From NCBI GenBank assembly GCA_015657575.1, contig JACDQN010000310.1, positions 1 through 58,064 on the forward strand: a DNA stretch of 58,064 bases. The letters are read 5' to 3'. Under the pieces are notes generated by a model. It saw only the letters and a program-made list of their open reading frames with translations, was not told where the DNA came from and ran no database searches. Both the position numbers and the translations under genes were made by a program. The DNA comes from Sphingopyxis sp. Its GTDB lineage: Bacteria; Pseudomonadota; Alphaproteobacteria; Sphingomonadales; Sphingomonadaceae. Below, one piece after another: positions 21,377 through 31,109 of the stretch (positions are counted from its first letter, which is position 1; each line of letters opens with the position of its first letter).

Positions 21377-21448
21377 GGGGCGAAGGGCGTGCCGGTGCAA
21401 TAGGCCGGTACGCCTTTCAGCGACCAAGGGAATGGAATCGCAAACATA

Positions 21449-22737
21449 ATGCTGATGCTTCTGGGGTATCTCATGGTCCTGACCTTCATGGTCCTGATCA
21501 TGACCAAACGCCTGTCCGCGCTCGTCGCGCTGACGATCATTCCCATCATTTTCGGCCTGATGGCAGGCCATGGCGCCGACCTTGGCGACATGGCGGTCGA
21601 CGGGATCGTGAAACTCGCGCCCACCGCGACGCTGCTGCTGTTCGCGGTGCTTTATTTGCGGTAATGATCGACGCGGGGTTGTTCGATCCGCTCGTCGATC
21701 GGGTGTTGAAATTCGCCGGCGACGATCCCGTGCGGGTGTCGCTGGGTACCGCGATCCTCGCGCTGATCGTCGCGCTCGACGGCGACGGCGCGACGACCGC
21801 GCTGATCACCGTAACGGCCTTTCTGCCCGTCTATCGGCGGCTGGGGATGAATCCGCTGGTCCTCGCCGTCGGTCTCGGCTCGGCGGCGTGCGTGATGAAC
21901 CTCACGCCGTGGGGCGGGCCGATGGGCCGCGCGGCGGCGGCGCTGCACGTCGATCCATCCGATATCTTCATCCCGCTGCTCCCCACCTGGGCGGCGGGCA
22001 TCGCGGGTACGCTGGCGATCGCCTGGTACCTGGGACGCCGCGAGCGCGCGCGGATCGCAGTCGAGGGCGCAGAGGTGCACGGCGCCGGCGGTCCGATCCT
22101 CTTCGAACGCGATCAGAGCCTGCGGCGGCCGCGGCTCTTCTGGTTCAACCTCGCGCTCACGCTGGCCATTCTCGGTTCGGCGATCAGCGGGATCGTGCCG
22201 CTGCCGCTGGTGTTCATGATCGGCCTCGCGATCGCGCTGGTGATCAACTACCCCAAGGTCTCGCAGCAAGGCGAGCGGATCAAGGCGCATGCCGAAAACG
22301 GGCTGCCGATCGTCCTGCTGATCCTCGCCGCCGGCTCCTTTACCGGCGTGATGCAGGGAACGGGGATGATCGACGCGATGGCCGACGGCGCCGTGACGCT
22401 GGTGCCGGCCGAACTCGGCCCGCATATGGGCGTCGTGACCGCGTTCCTTGCGATGCCGCTGACCTTCGTGTTGTCGAACGACGCCTTCTATTTCGGGGTG
22501 GTCCCGGTGATTGCCGAGACAGCGGGCCATTACGGGGTCGCGCCCGAAGTCATCGCGCGCGCCTCGCTCCTTGCGCTGCCGATCCACGGGCTCAGCCCAC
22601 TGACCGCGGCGATCTATCTGCTGGCGGGACTGGTCGGCAAGGACGTCGGCGAGATGCAGCGCTTCGGCCTCAAATGGGCGTTCCTGCTGTCGCTGATCCT
22701 GATCGCTGCGGCTACCTTGACGGGCGTCATCCTCTAA
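21449..22737 (+). CDS. CitMHS-family citrate/carboxylate-metal:H+ symporter (frameshift near 21657)
   Basis: MTKRLSALVAL, LLLFAVLY, MIDAGLFDPLV, ALDGDGATT, NLTPWGGP, LSNDAFYFGV. Confidence 0.88.
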
Positions 22738-22751
22738 TCCGGTTGAGCGCC

Positions 22752-22792
22752 AAAAAGAACGGGCCGATCCCGCGGCGGGATCGGCCCGTTTC
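22752..22792. terminator. Bidirectional intrinsic terminator
   Basis: Perfect 15-bp stem AACGGGCCGATCCCG / CGGGATCGGCCCGTT with an upstream A-tract, between convergent genes. Confidence 0.8.
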
Positions 22793-22819
22793 AGGTCTCG
22801 CAAATGTTGCGAGGGTGCT

Positions 22820-24043
22820 TCAGAAACCGAGCCAGGTGCCGTCCTGCAGTCGCTGCTTGGTCGCGCGCTGGCAGTCGGCGTAGATACCGAGGAAGCGGTT
22901 GACCCCGTCGACCCCCATCGCGAACGGATTGGGCGCCGCCGGATCGGCTTTCAGCTGGCGCAGATGATAATACATCGCGCTTTGATAGGGGTGGGTGTTG
23001 ATCAGCGTGTCGGCGCCGAGCTGCGCCGCCGCCGAGCGCAGATAGTCGGTAGAGATCGCATATTGCGCCGCTTCGTCGGGCTGGTCGTTGCCGCTCATGA
23101 TCAGCAGGTTGCGGACGCCGCCCTGATGCTTCACCGGAACGACGACCGCCATCTGGCCCGGTGTGTGACCCGGCGTCAGCATCGCGAAGACCTCGGTCGA
23201 AGGTCCGGTGCGGATCGCCTGCAGCCCGGTCTTAAGACCCGGCGCCGCCGTCACCAATATGTCGAAGCGATCGGGGATCGACCGCAGGCGCAGGTCGCGC
23301 AGTGCCGCGGCCTCCTCCGCCGTCTTGGGTTTTGCGCGCGGCGAGGCGAGGGCGTTGGCGGGTTCGACCGGCTGTCCCGCCAGCAAGGTCCGGCGCGCCG
23401 TGTCGATGATCCTGGCGTCGGGCTCGGTGATCACGACCTTGGCCTTTGGTGCCAGCTTGCGGACGGTGTTGACGCCGCCGGTGTGGTCCCAGTGATAATG
23501 GCCGACGAAGACATGGGTGATATCCTTGGGGTCGAGCCCCGCCGCGGGCATTTCGGACAGCACCGCCTTGTCGAACTCCTCGGGCGTTCCCATCGTGTCG
23601 AACAACAGCAGCCCTTCGTCGGTCTTGACGACGACGACGCCGAGGCCGTTGGCGCCGAAATACCAGGCATTGTCGAGGAAGCGCACGCCGCCCGGCGTGA
23701 ACAGTTCGCGCGCGTGGCCGGTGTGGAAAAAGCCCTTGGGCGAGACCATGTCGCGCGTGACGTCGGCGGGCGTATCGACTTCCTGGCCCGTGCCCGCATC
23801 GCTGACGCTGCGATAGCCGGTTTCGCACCAGACGCGATATTCCCAGCGAATGAGCGGATTGTCGTCGACCATTGCGAGCGCCTTCGCCGCGTCGTTATAG
23901 CCGCGCGCGAGCGGCTGGTCGGGCTTCAGCGGGCCGCGAAAGGGTTTGCTCTCGCCCTCCGCCGTTTCATGTCCGGCGCCCGGCGCCGCGAGCGCCGCGG
24001 CGATGCAGGTGGCCAGCGCAATGCGCGTCCATCGATGTCGCAT
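22820..24043 (-). CDS. Secreted metallo-beta-lactamase-fold hydrolase
   Basis: Sec signal peptide; GLLLFDT, HYHWDH (HxHxDH), TPGHTPG, LINTHP; GGGAGAGG RBS. Confidence 0.85.
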   Translation of the reverse strand: MRHRWTRIALATCIAAALAAPGAGHETAEGESKPFRGPLKPDQPLARGYNDAAKALAMVDDNPLIRWEYRVWCETGYRSVSDAGTGQEVDTPADVTRDMVSPKGFFHTGHARELFTPGGVRFLDNAWYFGANGLGVVVVKTDEGLLLFDTMGTPEEFDKAVLSEMPAAGLDPKDITHVFVGHYHWDHTGGVNTVRKLAPKAKVVITEPDARIIDTARRTLLAGQPVEPANALASPRAKPKTAEEAAALRDLRLRSIPDRFDILVTAAPGLKTGLQAIRTGPSTEVFAMLTPGHTPGQMAVVVPVKHQGGVRNLLIMSGNDQPDEAAQYAISTDYLRSAAAQLGADTLINTHPYQSAMYYHLRQLKADPAAPNPFAMGVDGVNRFLGIYADCQRATKQRLQDGTWLGF

Positions 24044-24140
24044 GATAGTCCTCTCCCTGATGATCTCCGATTGGCGATATCGGGCGGGGGAAGCCTGCTC
24101 AATCGGGCAGAAACTATGGTTTTATGCGCGCTGTGCGGCG

Positions 24141-25253
24141 CTATTCCGCCGGCCGGCCCGCAGTGAATCCGCGCCGCACGACGAAGCGCGCGAGCGGCGG
24201 CGCGACCGTCATCACGACGAGCAACCGCACCACCTGCGCGGCGAGAATCAGCGGCAGGTCGACATGCGTGCTCGTCGCGATGATCAGCACCGAATCGAGG
24301 CCGCCGGGGCTGAGCGCGAGATAGGCCGACAGCGCATCGACTCCGGTCACGCGCGCCAAGGCGAACGACAGCGCGCCGCACAGCGCGATCATCGCGAAGA
24401 TCACGGCGACGATCCGGGGCATCAGCTTCATCGAGGCGCGGAGCGAGGCGCGCGTGAATTTCAAACCGATGTTCCAGCCGATGACCGCGAACACCGCCGC
24501 GGTCAGAAAGGCCGGCAGTTCGAGCCGCCCGAGACCGCTGATCTGCAGGAAGGCACCGCCGATCATCGGCACGAACAGGATCGCGATCGACCTTTTGCTC
24601 ACCCACGCGGCAATCGCGCCGAGCAGCGCGAGCGCCAGCGTTTCGGTAAAGGCGATGCCGTCGATCGGCGGAAACCATACGACGCTGGGTCCGATCGTCG
24701 GAATACCGTGGCTGTTCGCCTCGGGGCTGCCCATCAGCGTGCCGACGAGGATCGCGACGAGCGCGGCCGCCAGCACGCGCAGATATTGCATGACCGCGAC
24801 GATGCGGGGATCGCTGCCGTACATTTCGGCGAGCATCACCATCGCCGACGCGGCGCCGGGCGATACGCCCCAGACTGCGGTACTTTCAGGGAACCAGCCG
24901 GCGCGGCTGACGGCGACGGCAAGGGCCATCGTCGCCAGTACGACCGCGATCACAAATGCGAACAGCGCCGGCAGATAGCCGAGCGCCGAATGCAGCAACT
25001 CGGGCGAGATCGCCATGCCGAGCCGGCAACCGAGCAGCGCCTGCGCCCCCATCACGAGCGGCCGGCGCATCTCGAGCTTGCCATGATATTGCGCGATGGC
25101 GATCGCCGACAGCATCGGGCCGAGCATCAGCGCGGCCGGAACATGGAGCAGGCGAAAGGCCCAGGTCGTCGCGATCGAGAGGACGAGCAGCGCCGCCCAC
25201 GCGCCGGCGCGGCGCGCGGCCGAGGCGCCGCCTTGAGGTTCGGCGTCCGCCAT
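24141..25253 (-). CDS. AbrB-family (PF05145-type) membrane protein
   Basis: Duplicated motifs PAALMLGPM / SPGAASAM / QYLRV and LSPGGLDS / QVVRL; ATG overlaps the crp2 stop. Confidence 0.85.
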   Translation of the reverse strand: MADAEPQGGASAARRAGAWAALLVLSIATTWAFRLLHVPAALMLGPMLSAIAIAQYHGKLEMRRPLVMGAQALLGCRLGMAISPELLHSALGYLPALFAFVIAVVLATMALAVAVSRAGWFPESTAVWGVSPGAASAMVMLAEMYGSDPRIVAVMQYLRVLAAALVAILVGTLMGSPEANSHGIPTIGPSVVWFPPIDGIAFTETLALALLGAIAAWVSKRSIAILFVPMIGGAFLQISGLGRLELPAFLTAAVFAVIGWNIGLKFTRASLRASMKLMPRIVAVIFAMIALCGALSFALARVTGVDALSAYLALSPGGLDSVLIIATSTHVDLPLILAAQVVRLLVVMTVAPPLARFVVRRGFTAGRPAE

Positions 25254-25942
25254 CAGTCGGCCATCGCCAGCAGCGCGCGCCGGTCGAGAATATGGATGCG
25301 GCCATAGGAGGTGGCGATGCTGCCCGCCGCCTTCATTTCGGACAGGAGATTGCCGAGATGCTGGCGCGACATGCCGAGCCGCCCGGCGAGATCCTCCTGG
25401 CTCATGTGGAGGACGGGATGATCGAAATCGGTGCCGCGCGAGGCCATGTTCAGGATCATCTCGGCGAGCCGTGCCCGGCTCGGCTTGGCGAGCATCGAGC
25501 CGATATAGGACAGCGCCGCGCGCTGATGCTCGCAGCCGATCAGCGCGACGTGGCCGTAGATGCCGGGCTGCGTCGCGGCAAAATCGGCGATATCGCGCAG
25601 CGGCAGGTGGAGCAGTTCGACCGGACCCTGGCAGATCGCATCGTGCGGCCGTGGCCCGCCATCGACGACCGACAGTTCGCCGAACCAGTGCCGGCGCCGC
25701 ACGACGAGCGTGAGAAACTGCCGTCCGACCGCTGGATAGGCCATCAGCCGCACCTCGCCCGACACGATCTGATACAGCCCGTCGGGTTCGTCGCCCGCCG
25801 AATAGACGCGCGCGCGGTCGGCGAATTTGCGTGGCCGCACGCGCGCGCGGATGAAATCGCGCGTCGCGGGCGGCAACCGCGAGAGCCACCGATCGTCGTC
25901 GCCCAGCGTGTCGTGCATCGGACTCTTTTCAAGCTGCGGCAT
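25253..25942 (-). CDS. Crp/Fnr-family transcriptional regulator 2
   Basis: GLYQIVSGEVRL, WFGELSVVDGGPRPHDA, and HTH MSQEDLAGRLGMSRQ; start could also be 25918. Confidence 0.88.
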   Translation of the reverse strand: MPQLEKSPMHDTLGDDDRWLSRLPPATRDFIRARVRPRKFADRARVYSAGDEPDGLYQIVSGEVRLMAYPAVGRQFLTLVVRRRHWFGELSVVDGGPRPHDAICQGPVELLHLPLRDIADFAATQPGIYGHVALIGCEHQRAALSYIGSMLAKPSRARLAEMILNMASRGTDFDHPVLHMSQEDLAGRLGMSRQHLGNLLSEMKAAGSIATSYGRIHILDRRALLAMAD

Positions 25943-26026
25943 CGGGGATCGTCCGCGGCGCCGACCTGCAGCAAATCGCCCGGCTTGCCGAGCTATCATT
26001 CCATGCACGGGGCGCGCCGGACCGGT

Positions 26027-27208
26027 TCAATCGCCCGAATCCGCCGGGCCGTCGTTGTCGCTCGCCACCTGTTCGATGCAGTGCGCGACCCAGCCCACCG
26101 ACCGGCCGATCAGATAGGGCGCTTCGCTCGAGCTTAGTCCGACGAATTCGCGGCGCGACTGCAATCCGGTGAGTTCCTCGGCAAAGGTGCTGACGAAGGC
26201 GAAATTCGGCCGCAGCGCGCGAAATTCATAGGCGAGTTCGATCGCGCGGCCGAGCTTGCGATACCCCGGATGATCGGACAGCGCGCGGTCGCAGAAATCG
26301 ACGAGTGCGGCCGCGCGCGGGTCGCCGTTCGGATAGATGGGGCTTCCGAACCCGGGCAGGTCGCCGCCCTCGCGCAGCTGGCGTGTTACCACCGCTTCGG
26401 GGTCGGGCGCCGACAGGATTTCGGCGATGAAACGGCGAAGCGATTCATTTTGCCCGAACTTGCTCTGGCGCCCGACCGCGAGTGCGAGGCCGACCGACAC
26501 CGAGCGCCACGGCGTCACGCCCGACCGCGCGACCATGCGCACGGCATAGGTGCTTTCGTTCACGCCATGATCGGCCGCAAGGATCAGCACGCGGCGCAGC
26601 AGGTCGGTCTGTTCGGGCGCCAGCGCCAGCGATTTTTCGAATTGCAGGTGGATCGGCTCGTCCGACGCGCTGCCCTTGCTCAGGATGATCGCGGTCAGCC
26701 AGCGGATGATGTCGACCCCCGTCGCGGCCATCCCCTGATGGCTGAGATCGTAGGCGCGGGGGTTCGCCTGTTCGAGGAAAGGAAAATGCGCGAGCGCGCG
26801 GTCGACCCCGGCTTCGGCGGTCAGCAGTTCGTCGAGCTTCGGAAACAGCGCCGAACTGCGCGGCGGCGGGCGGTCGAAGATCGATGCGTCGACGTCCCAC
26901 AGGCGCGCCGCAATCTGCTCGAGCGTTGCATGTTCGGACAATTCGATCGCGCTGCGCCCGCGGTAGAGCAATTCGTTATCGCCGACGTCGGTGATGCGGC
27001 TCGGAATGTCGATGCCGAGCGGCAAGCCCGCGGGGCGCCGCCCGCGCGCCTTGATCTGCTCGACATCGACCCGGCGATAGCGATGCTGGCGCGTCCCAGG
27101 AACGGGGTGTGAGCGGATGCCCTTGCGGCTGACATAGGCATAGATCGTCGCGCGCGACACGCCGAGAAAGGCCGCCGCCTCGTCCGCGCTGATATAATCG
27201 TCTTCCAT
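26027..27208 (-). CDS. HTH (excisionase/MerR-like) - citrate synthase-like fusion; probable ligand-sensing regulator
   Basis: N-terminal SADEAAAFLGVSRATIYAYVSRKG HTH; CS-fold motifs LLYRG, ADHG, PGFG, DPRA, GRSVGWVAH. Confidence 0.85.
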   Translation of the reverse strand: MEDDYISADEAAAFLGVSRATIYAYVSRKGIRSHPVPGTRQHRYRRVDVEQIKARGRRPAGLPLGIDIPSRITDVGDNELLYRGRSAIELSEHATLEQIAARLWDVDASIFDRPPPRSSALFPKLDELLTAEAGVDRALAHFPFLEQANPRAYDLSHQGMAATGVDIIRWLTAIILSKGSASDEPIHLQFEKSLALAPEQTDLLRRVLILAADHGVNESTYAVRMVARSGVTPWRSVSVGLALAVGRQSKFGQNESLRRFIAEILSAPDPEAVVTRQLREGGDLPGFGSPIYPNGDPRAAALVDFCDRALSDHPGYRKLGRAIELAYEFRALRPNFAFVSTFAEELTGLQSRREFVGLSSSEAPYLIGRSVGWVAHCIEQVASDNDGPADSGD

Positions 27209-27221
27209 ATGCCCCGCTTTT

Positions 27222-27252
27222 ACATGTTGATCAATGTTCGTCAATCTTGACG
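27222..27252 (+). promoter_or_regulatory. Candidate operator/promoter ACATGTTGATCAATGTTCGTCAATCTTGACG between HTH-CS and CoA ligase
   Basis: AT-rich, TTGA/TCAA-rich element closely matching the reverse complement of 30921-30950; ends in a -35-like TTGACG. Confidence 0.6.
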
Positions 27253-27300
27253 TGTTTCGTTCGGTGCTACAATTCTCGCACGAAATCATGGGAGCGAGGC

Positions 27301-29124
27301 ATGGCAGTCGATACGGCGGCAGAGGAATCGGGCGAGATCGTCGAGGAGGGCATCCGGATCGGCCCCGACGTCCGGATCGAAGGGATGCGCGAGCCCCGCT
27401 ACGCGCCGCCGCACCGCTTCCTCACCCAGCGCTTTTCAACCGGCGAAATCCGCCTGACCAACCTCGGCAGCTATCCCGACCGCTTCGAAACGATGAACGC
27501 GGCGCTCGACCATTGGGCGGCCGCCACGCCCGACCATATCTGGCTCGCCGAGCGGTCGGGCGGCGGCTGGCGCACCGTCAGCTTTGCCGAGGCGCATGAG
27601 CGTGTCGGCCGTCTGGCGGGCGCGCTCGGGCAGATGGGGATCGAGCGGGTGAGCCCGCTGTTGATCCTGTCGGCCAACGCGATCGACCATGCGCTGATCA
27701 GCTATGCCCTGATGCGCGCGGGCGGCATCACCGCGCCGGTGTCGCCGCAATATGGCCTTGCGGGCGCCAATCCGGCGCGCCTCGCGGCGGCATGCGCGAC
27801 GATCCGGCCGCGCGCCGTCTATGTCGAGGATGCCGCGCTGTTCGCCGAGGGGCTGGCGTTCAACTGTCTTGCCGGCTTGCCGGTCATCGCCTCGCGCAAC
27901 GCGCGGCCGGGCGATATCGCATTCGACACGCTTTATGAAGGAAGCGCTGCGCCTTCGATCGAGAGGCCGGACGATGCCGCGCGCTATCTGCTCACCTCGG
28001 GCTCGACGGGAATGCCGAAGGCGGTGATCTGCACGCACCGGATGATCGCGCTCAATACCGCGCAACTCGCATCCTGCTTCGCCGATCCCGATCCGCCGGT
28101 GTGGATCAATGCGGCGCCGTGGAGCCATAGCATGGGCGCGCATTCGGTGTTGCATCAGGCGCTGCATCGCGGCGGCGCGCTCTACATCGACCGCGGCCAG
28201 CCGACCGCCGCGCGCTTCGGCGAAACGCTGCGCAATCTGCGCGAAATATCGCCGACTTCGCATTCGATGGTGCCCGCGGGCTGGATGATGCTGGCGGACG
28301 AACTCGATCGCGACGCGGCGCTGGCGCGGCGCTTTTTCGAGCGGATCCGCATCGTACAGAACGGCGGTGCCGCGCTTGGCCAGGATATCGTCGACCGCTT
28401 CGAGGCGATCGCCGTGCGCACGGTCGGCGAACTCATCAGCTTCGGCAGCGGTTATGGCGCGACCGAAACGGGCCCCTCGGTGTGCAACGTCCATTGGCCG
28501 AATTTGCGGATGGGGATGCTGGGGCTGCCGATTCCGGGCACGGAGGTTCGCCTCGCGCCCGTCGACGGCAAGCTCGAACTGCGCGTGAAGGGACCGCAGG
28601 TGATGGCCGGCTATCTCGCGCGCCCGAGCTGTCGGCTGCGGCGTTCGACACCGAGGGCTATTACCGCCTCGGCGACGCTGTGCGGCCGGCGGACCCCGGC
28701 AGTCCGACCAGCAGCCTGATCTACGAAGGCCGTCTGTCGGAGAATTTCAAGCTTGCGAGCGGCACTTTCGTCACCGTCAGCGAATTGCGGCTCGTGCTGC
28801 TGTCCGCCATCGGATCGGCGGTATCCGACGCGGTGATCTGCGGCGAGGACAGGGCGGAGATCGGCGCGCTTTTCTATCCCGATCCGCGCCGTGACGCCGC
28901 CGAGATCGAGATGGCCGTTACGAACGGACTGCGCCGCTTCAACGCCGCGGCAAGGGCAGGGCGGGCGGGTCGGCCGCGCGATGATCCTCGCCGATCAGCC
29001 CGATTCCCGGCGCGGCGAGATCACCGACAAGGGCTATATCGCGCAGTCGGTTGCGCGAAGCCTGCGGGCTGATGCGATCAAGGCGATGTTCGCCGGCGGG
29101 CCAGGCGTGATCGTCGCGGATTGA
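27301..29124 (+). CDS. Acyl-CoA ligase, feruloyl-CoA synthase (Fcs)-like (frameshifts near 28618 and 28952)
   Basis: LLTSGSTGMPK, GYGATET, YYRLGDA, GRLSENFKLASGTFV, GEITDKGYI, across three frames. Confidence 0.85.
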
Positions 29125-29165
29125 TGGAACCGGCCGGCGCCGCGATGGCACCGGCCGGGCCACGA

Positions 29166-29474
29166 TCAGTCGAGTTCGATATCGAGCAGCCGGACGAACA
29201 TCTGGCCGCTGTGCAGGTCGCGTTCGACGCGCGACCCCGACGGCGTCGGGCGCACGCACGAGATCTTGACCATGTTCAGGCTTTCGACCGGAAAGCTCTT
29301 CACCTGGTCGGGGTTGGCGCCGAACAGTCGCTGGAAGGTTTCGGGGCCGATCGCGGGATGCCGTGCATAGCGCCGGAAATCCTCGGCATTGTCGAAGAAC
29401 AGGTCGAACGTGACCCAGAAGGGGCCGGCATTCTTCGACCGGACATAGCTGCAAATTTCACCCACGGTCGCCAT
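29166..29474 (-). CDS. DUF4387-like small partner of AtuA-family protein, copy 2
   Basis: VRSKNAGPFWVTFDLF...KISCVR...DLHSGQ; coupled to the atuA2 stop. Confidence 0.8.
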   Translation of the reverse strand: MATVGEICSYVRSKNAGPFWVTFDLFFDNAEDFRRYARHPAIGPETFQRLFGANPDQVKSFPVESLNMVKISCVRPTPSGSRVERDLHSGQMFVRLLDIELD

Positions 29475-30870
29475 CACGCCGCCTCCTCTACGCTGAGGTC
29501 AACCCACTCGGTTCGCACCAATTCCGACGGATCGTCGCATTCGACGACATGGTTCAGGCGGAATTCGTACAGCTGGCCGCGCGGAATGTCCGCCGGGCTG
29601 AAGGCAAAACCATAGCTCGGCATCTCGCCGTGGTGGCCGGGCATATACATGTGAAAGAAGATCGGATTGCAGGCCTTGGCGATCTGGTTCGCCATTTCCT
29701 GCGTGTCGGCCGTTGCAACGAACAGCACGCCGACCTCGCGCGGCGCCGGCGTGCCTTCGGGTACCTTCTCGCCCGATACCGCATTCCAGCCGTAGAGGCG
29801 GAGCGAGATGTGGAAGTCGCCCGCCGCCTCGCCGATCGTCATCCGTACCCGGTTATACAGATGCTTGGTCATGTTCGCTTCGAAGGTTTCGAGGTCGTTG
29901 AGCACGACCGGATCCTGAATGCCGACGAGCATCACGGTTTGATATTGCCCCGCCGATGCGCCTTCGAGCTTCATCGTGTAGGGCATTTCCTTCCAGACCG
30001 ATCCGGTGACGCGCGTGATGCGCGGATCGATCTGCTCATAACGGCTGTCGGTCGTGTCGAGTATGCCGCCCGGTTCGGTCAGGTTGAAGGGATCGCTATT
30101 CTCATAGAGCATGTGCGCCGACACGCTGTGCGGCGTGCATTTGTTCACGTCGTTCAGCGCCTCGACTTCGAACCCGTCCTTGTCGATGCGGATCAGGATG
30201 CCGCGTCCGTCGACTTCCTTGATCGAGGCTTGTCCGCCGCATTCGCCGATCTTGCCGGCATGCCAGCTCGGCCCCAGCGGCGCGCCCTTCCACAAGGCAT
30301 AGCAACAGATCGCCGCCGTGTCGGTGGTCCGGCCGCCGAGGATGATGTCGGCGCCCGCCTCGAGCGCAGCCATGAAGGGTTCGGGCCCCATCGCCGCGAC
30401 GATATGGTCGCATTCGTCGATGGTCGCGTCGTCGAGCGGCCCCATCGGCGCGAGCGGCCGGATCCGCCGGCGGCATTCTTGGCCTTCAGGACGTCCTTGC
30501 TCTGTTCGGAATAGAGCAGGGCGATCTTGGGCTTGATGCCCAGTTCGCGCGCGACTTCGATCGCGATATCGCGCGTCCAGTCGAGGTTGAGGTCGCCGCC
30601 GGCCTGGCCGCTGGTGCCGACGACGATCGGGATTTTCGCTTTCGACGCGGCGCGCATCATGATCGTCAGGTCGCGCTTCACCGCGCCGCGATTGTTCTTC
30701 GACATGCCGAGCGCCAGATAAGCCGCGCCGCTGTCGGTCGACCCGGCGTCGGTCGCGATCACCTGCGCGCCGCGCGCGATGCCATATTCCATCTCTTCTT
30801 CATTGGCCCCGGCGCCCAGCGACCCGTTGGGAACCATGATCACGACGGGTTCGGTCATTTCGCGCGTCAT
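29474..30870 (-). CDS. AtuA-family (DUF1446-like) protein 2 (frameshift near 30468)
   Basis: VPNGSLGAG, ATDAGSTDSGAAYL, GADIILGGRTTDTA, WHAGKIGECG, SAHMLYENSDP; AAGGAG RBS. Confidence 0.82.
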
Positions 30871-30920
30871 TCGACTACTCCTTGCTTGAACGGTGCCGCG
30901 ATCAGTGAAATATCGCCATG

Positions 30921-30950
30921 CGTCAAGATGTACGAATATTATCAATATAT
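30921..30950 (-). promoter_or_regulatory. Second copy of candidate operator (reverse complement ATATATTGATAATATTCGTACATCTTGACG) upstream of atuA2
   Basis: Shares TTGAT-AAT-n-TTCGT-nn-ATCTTGACG with 27222-27252, at a similar distance (about 50 bp) from the downstream start codon. Confidence 0.6.
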
Positions 30951-31109
30951 GTGGCGAGCATGTTTTTTGTGCGACAATGGAGTGATAATCCCGGGCTTTG
31001 TCCGACCCGCGGCACCCACCGCATAGTTTCATAGCCTCTGCACGATTGCGATTGGCCATAGGGGCCGATACCCGGGCCGGACGAGAGAAGGACAATGAGA
31101 GGATCCGGA

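Noticed and set aside
22820-24043. Acquired carbapenemase gene
   Set aside because: Only the generic MBL fold is evident; the length, insertions and catabolic context argue against it, and no mobile element is adjacent.
24141-25889. 582-aa ORF suggesting an extended AbrB fusion
   Set aside because: The N-terminal 211 aa are an alternative frame over crp2; AbrB most plausibly starts at the ATG at 25253 overlapping the crp2 stop.
26027-27208. Housekeeping citrate synthase (gltA) or prpC
   Set aside because: It carries an N-terminal HTH and lacks the catalytic His/His/Asp motifs.
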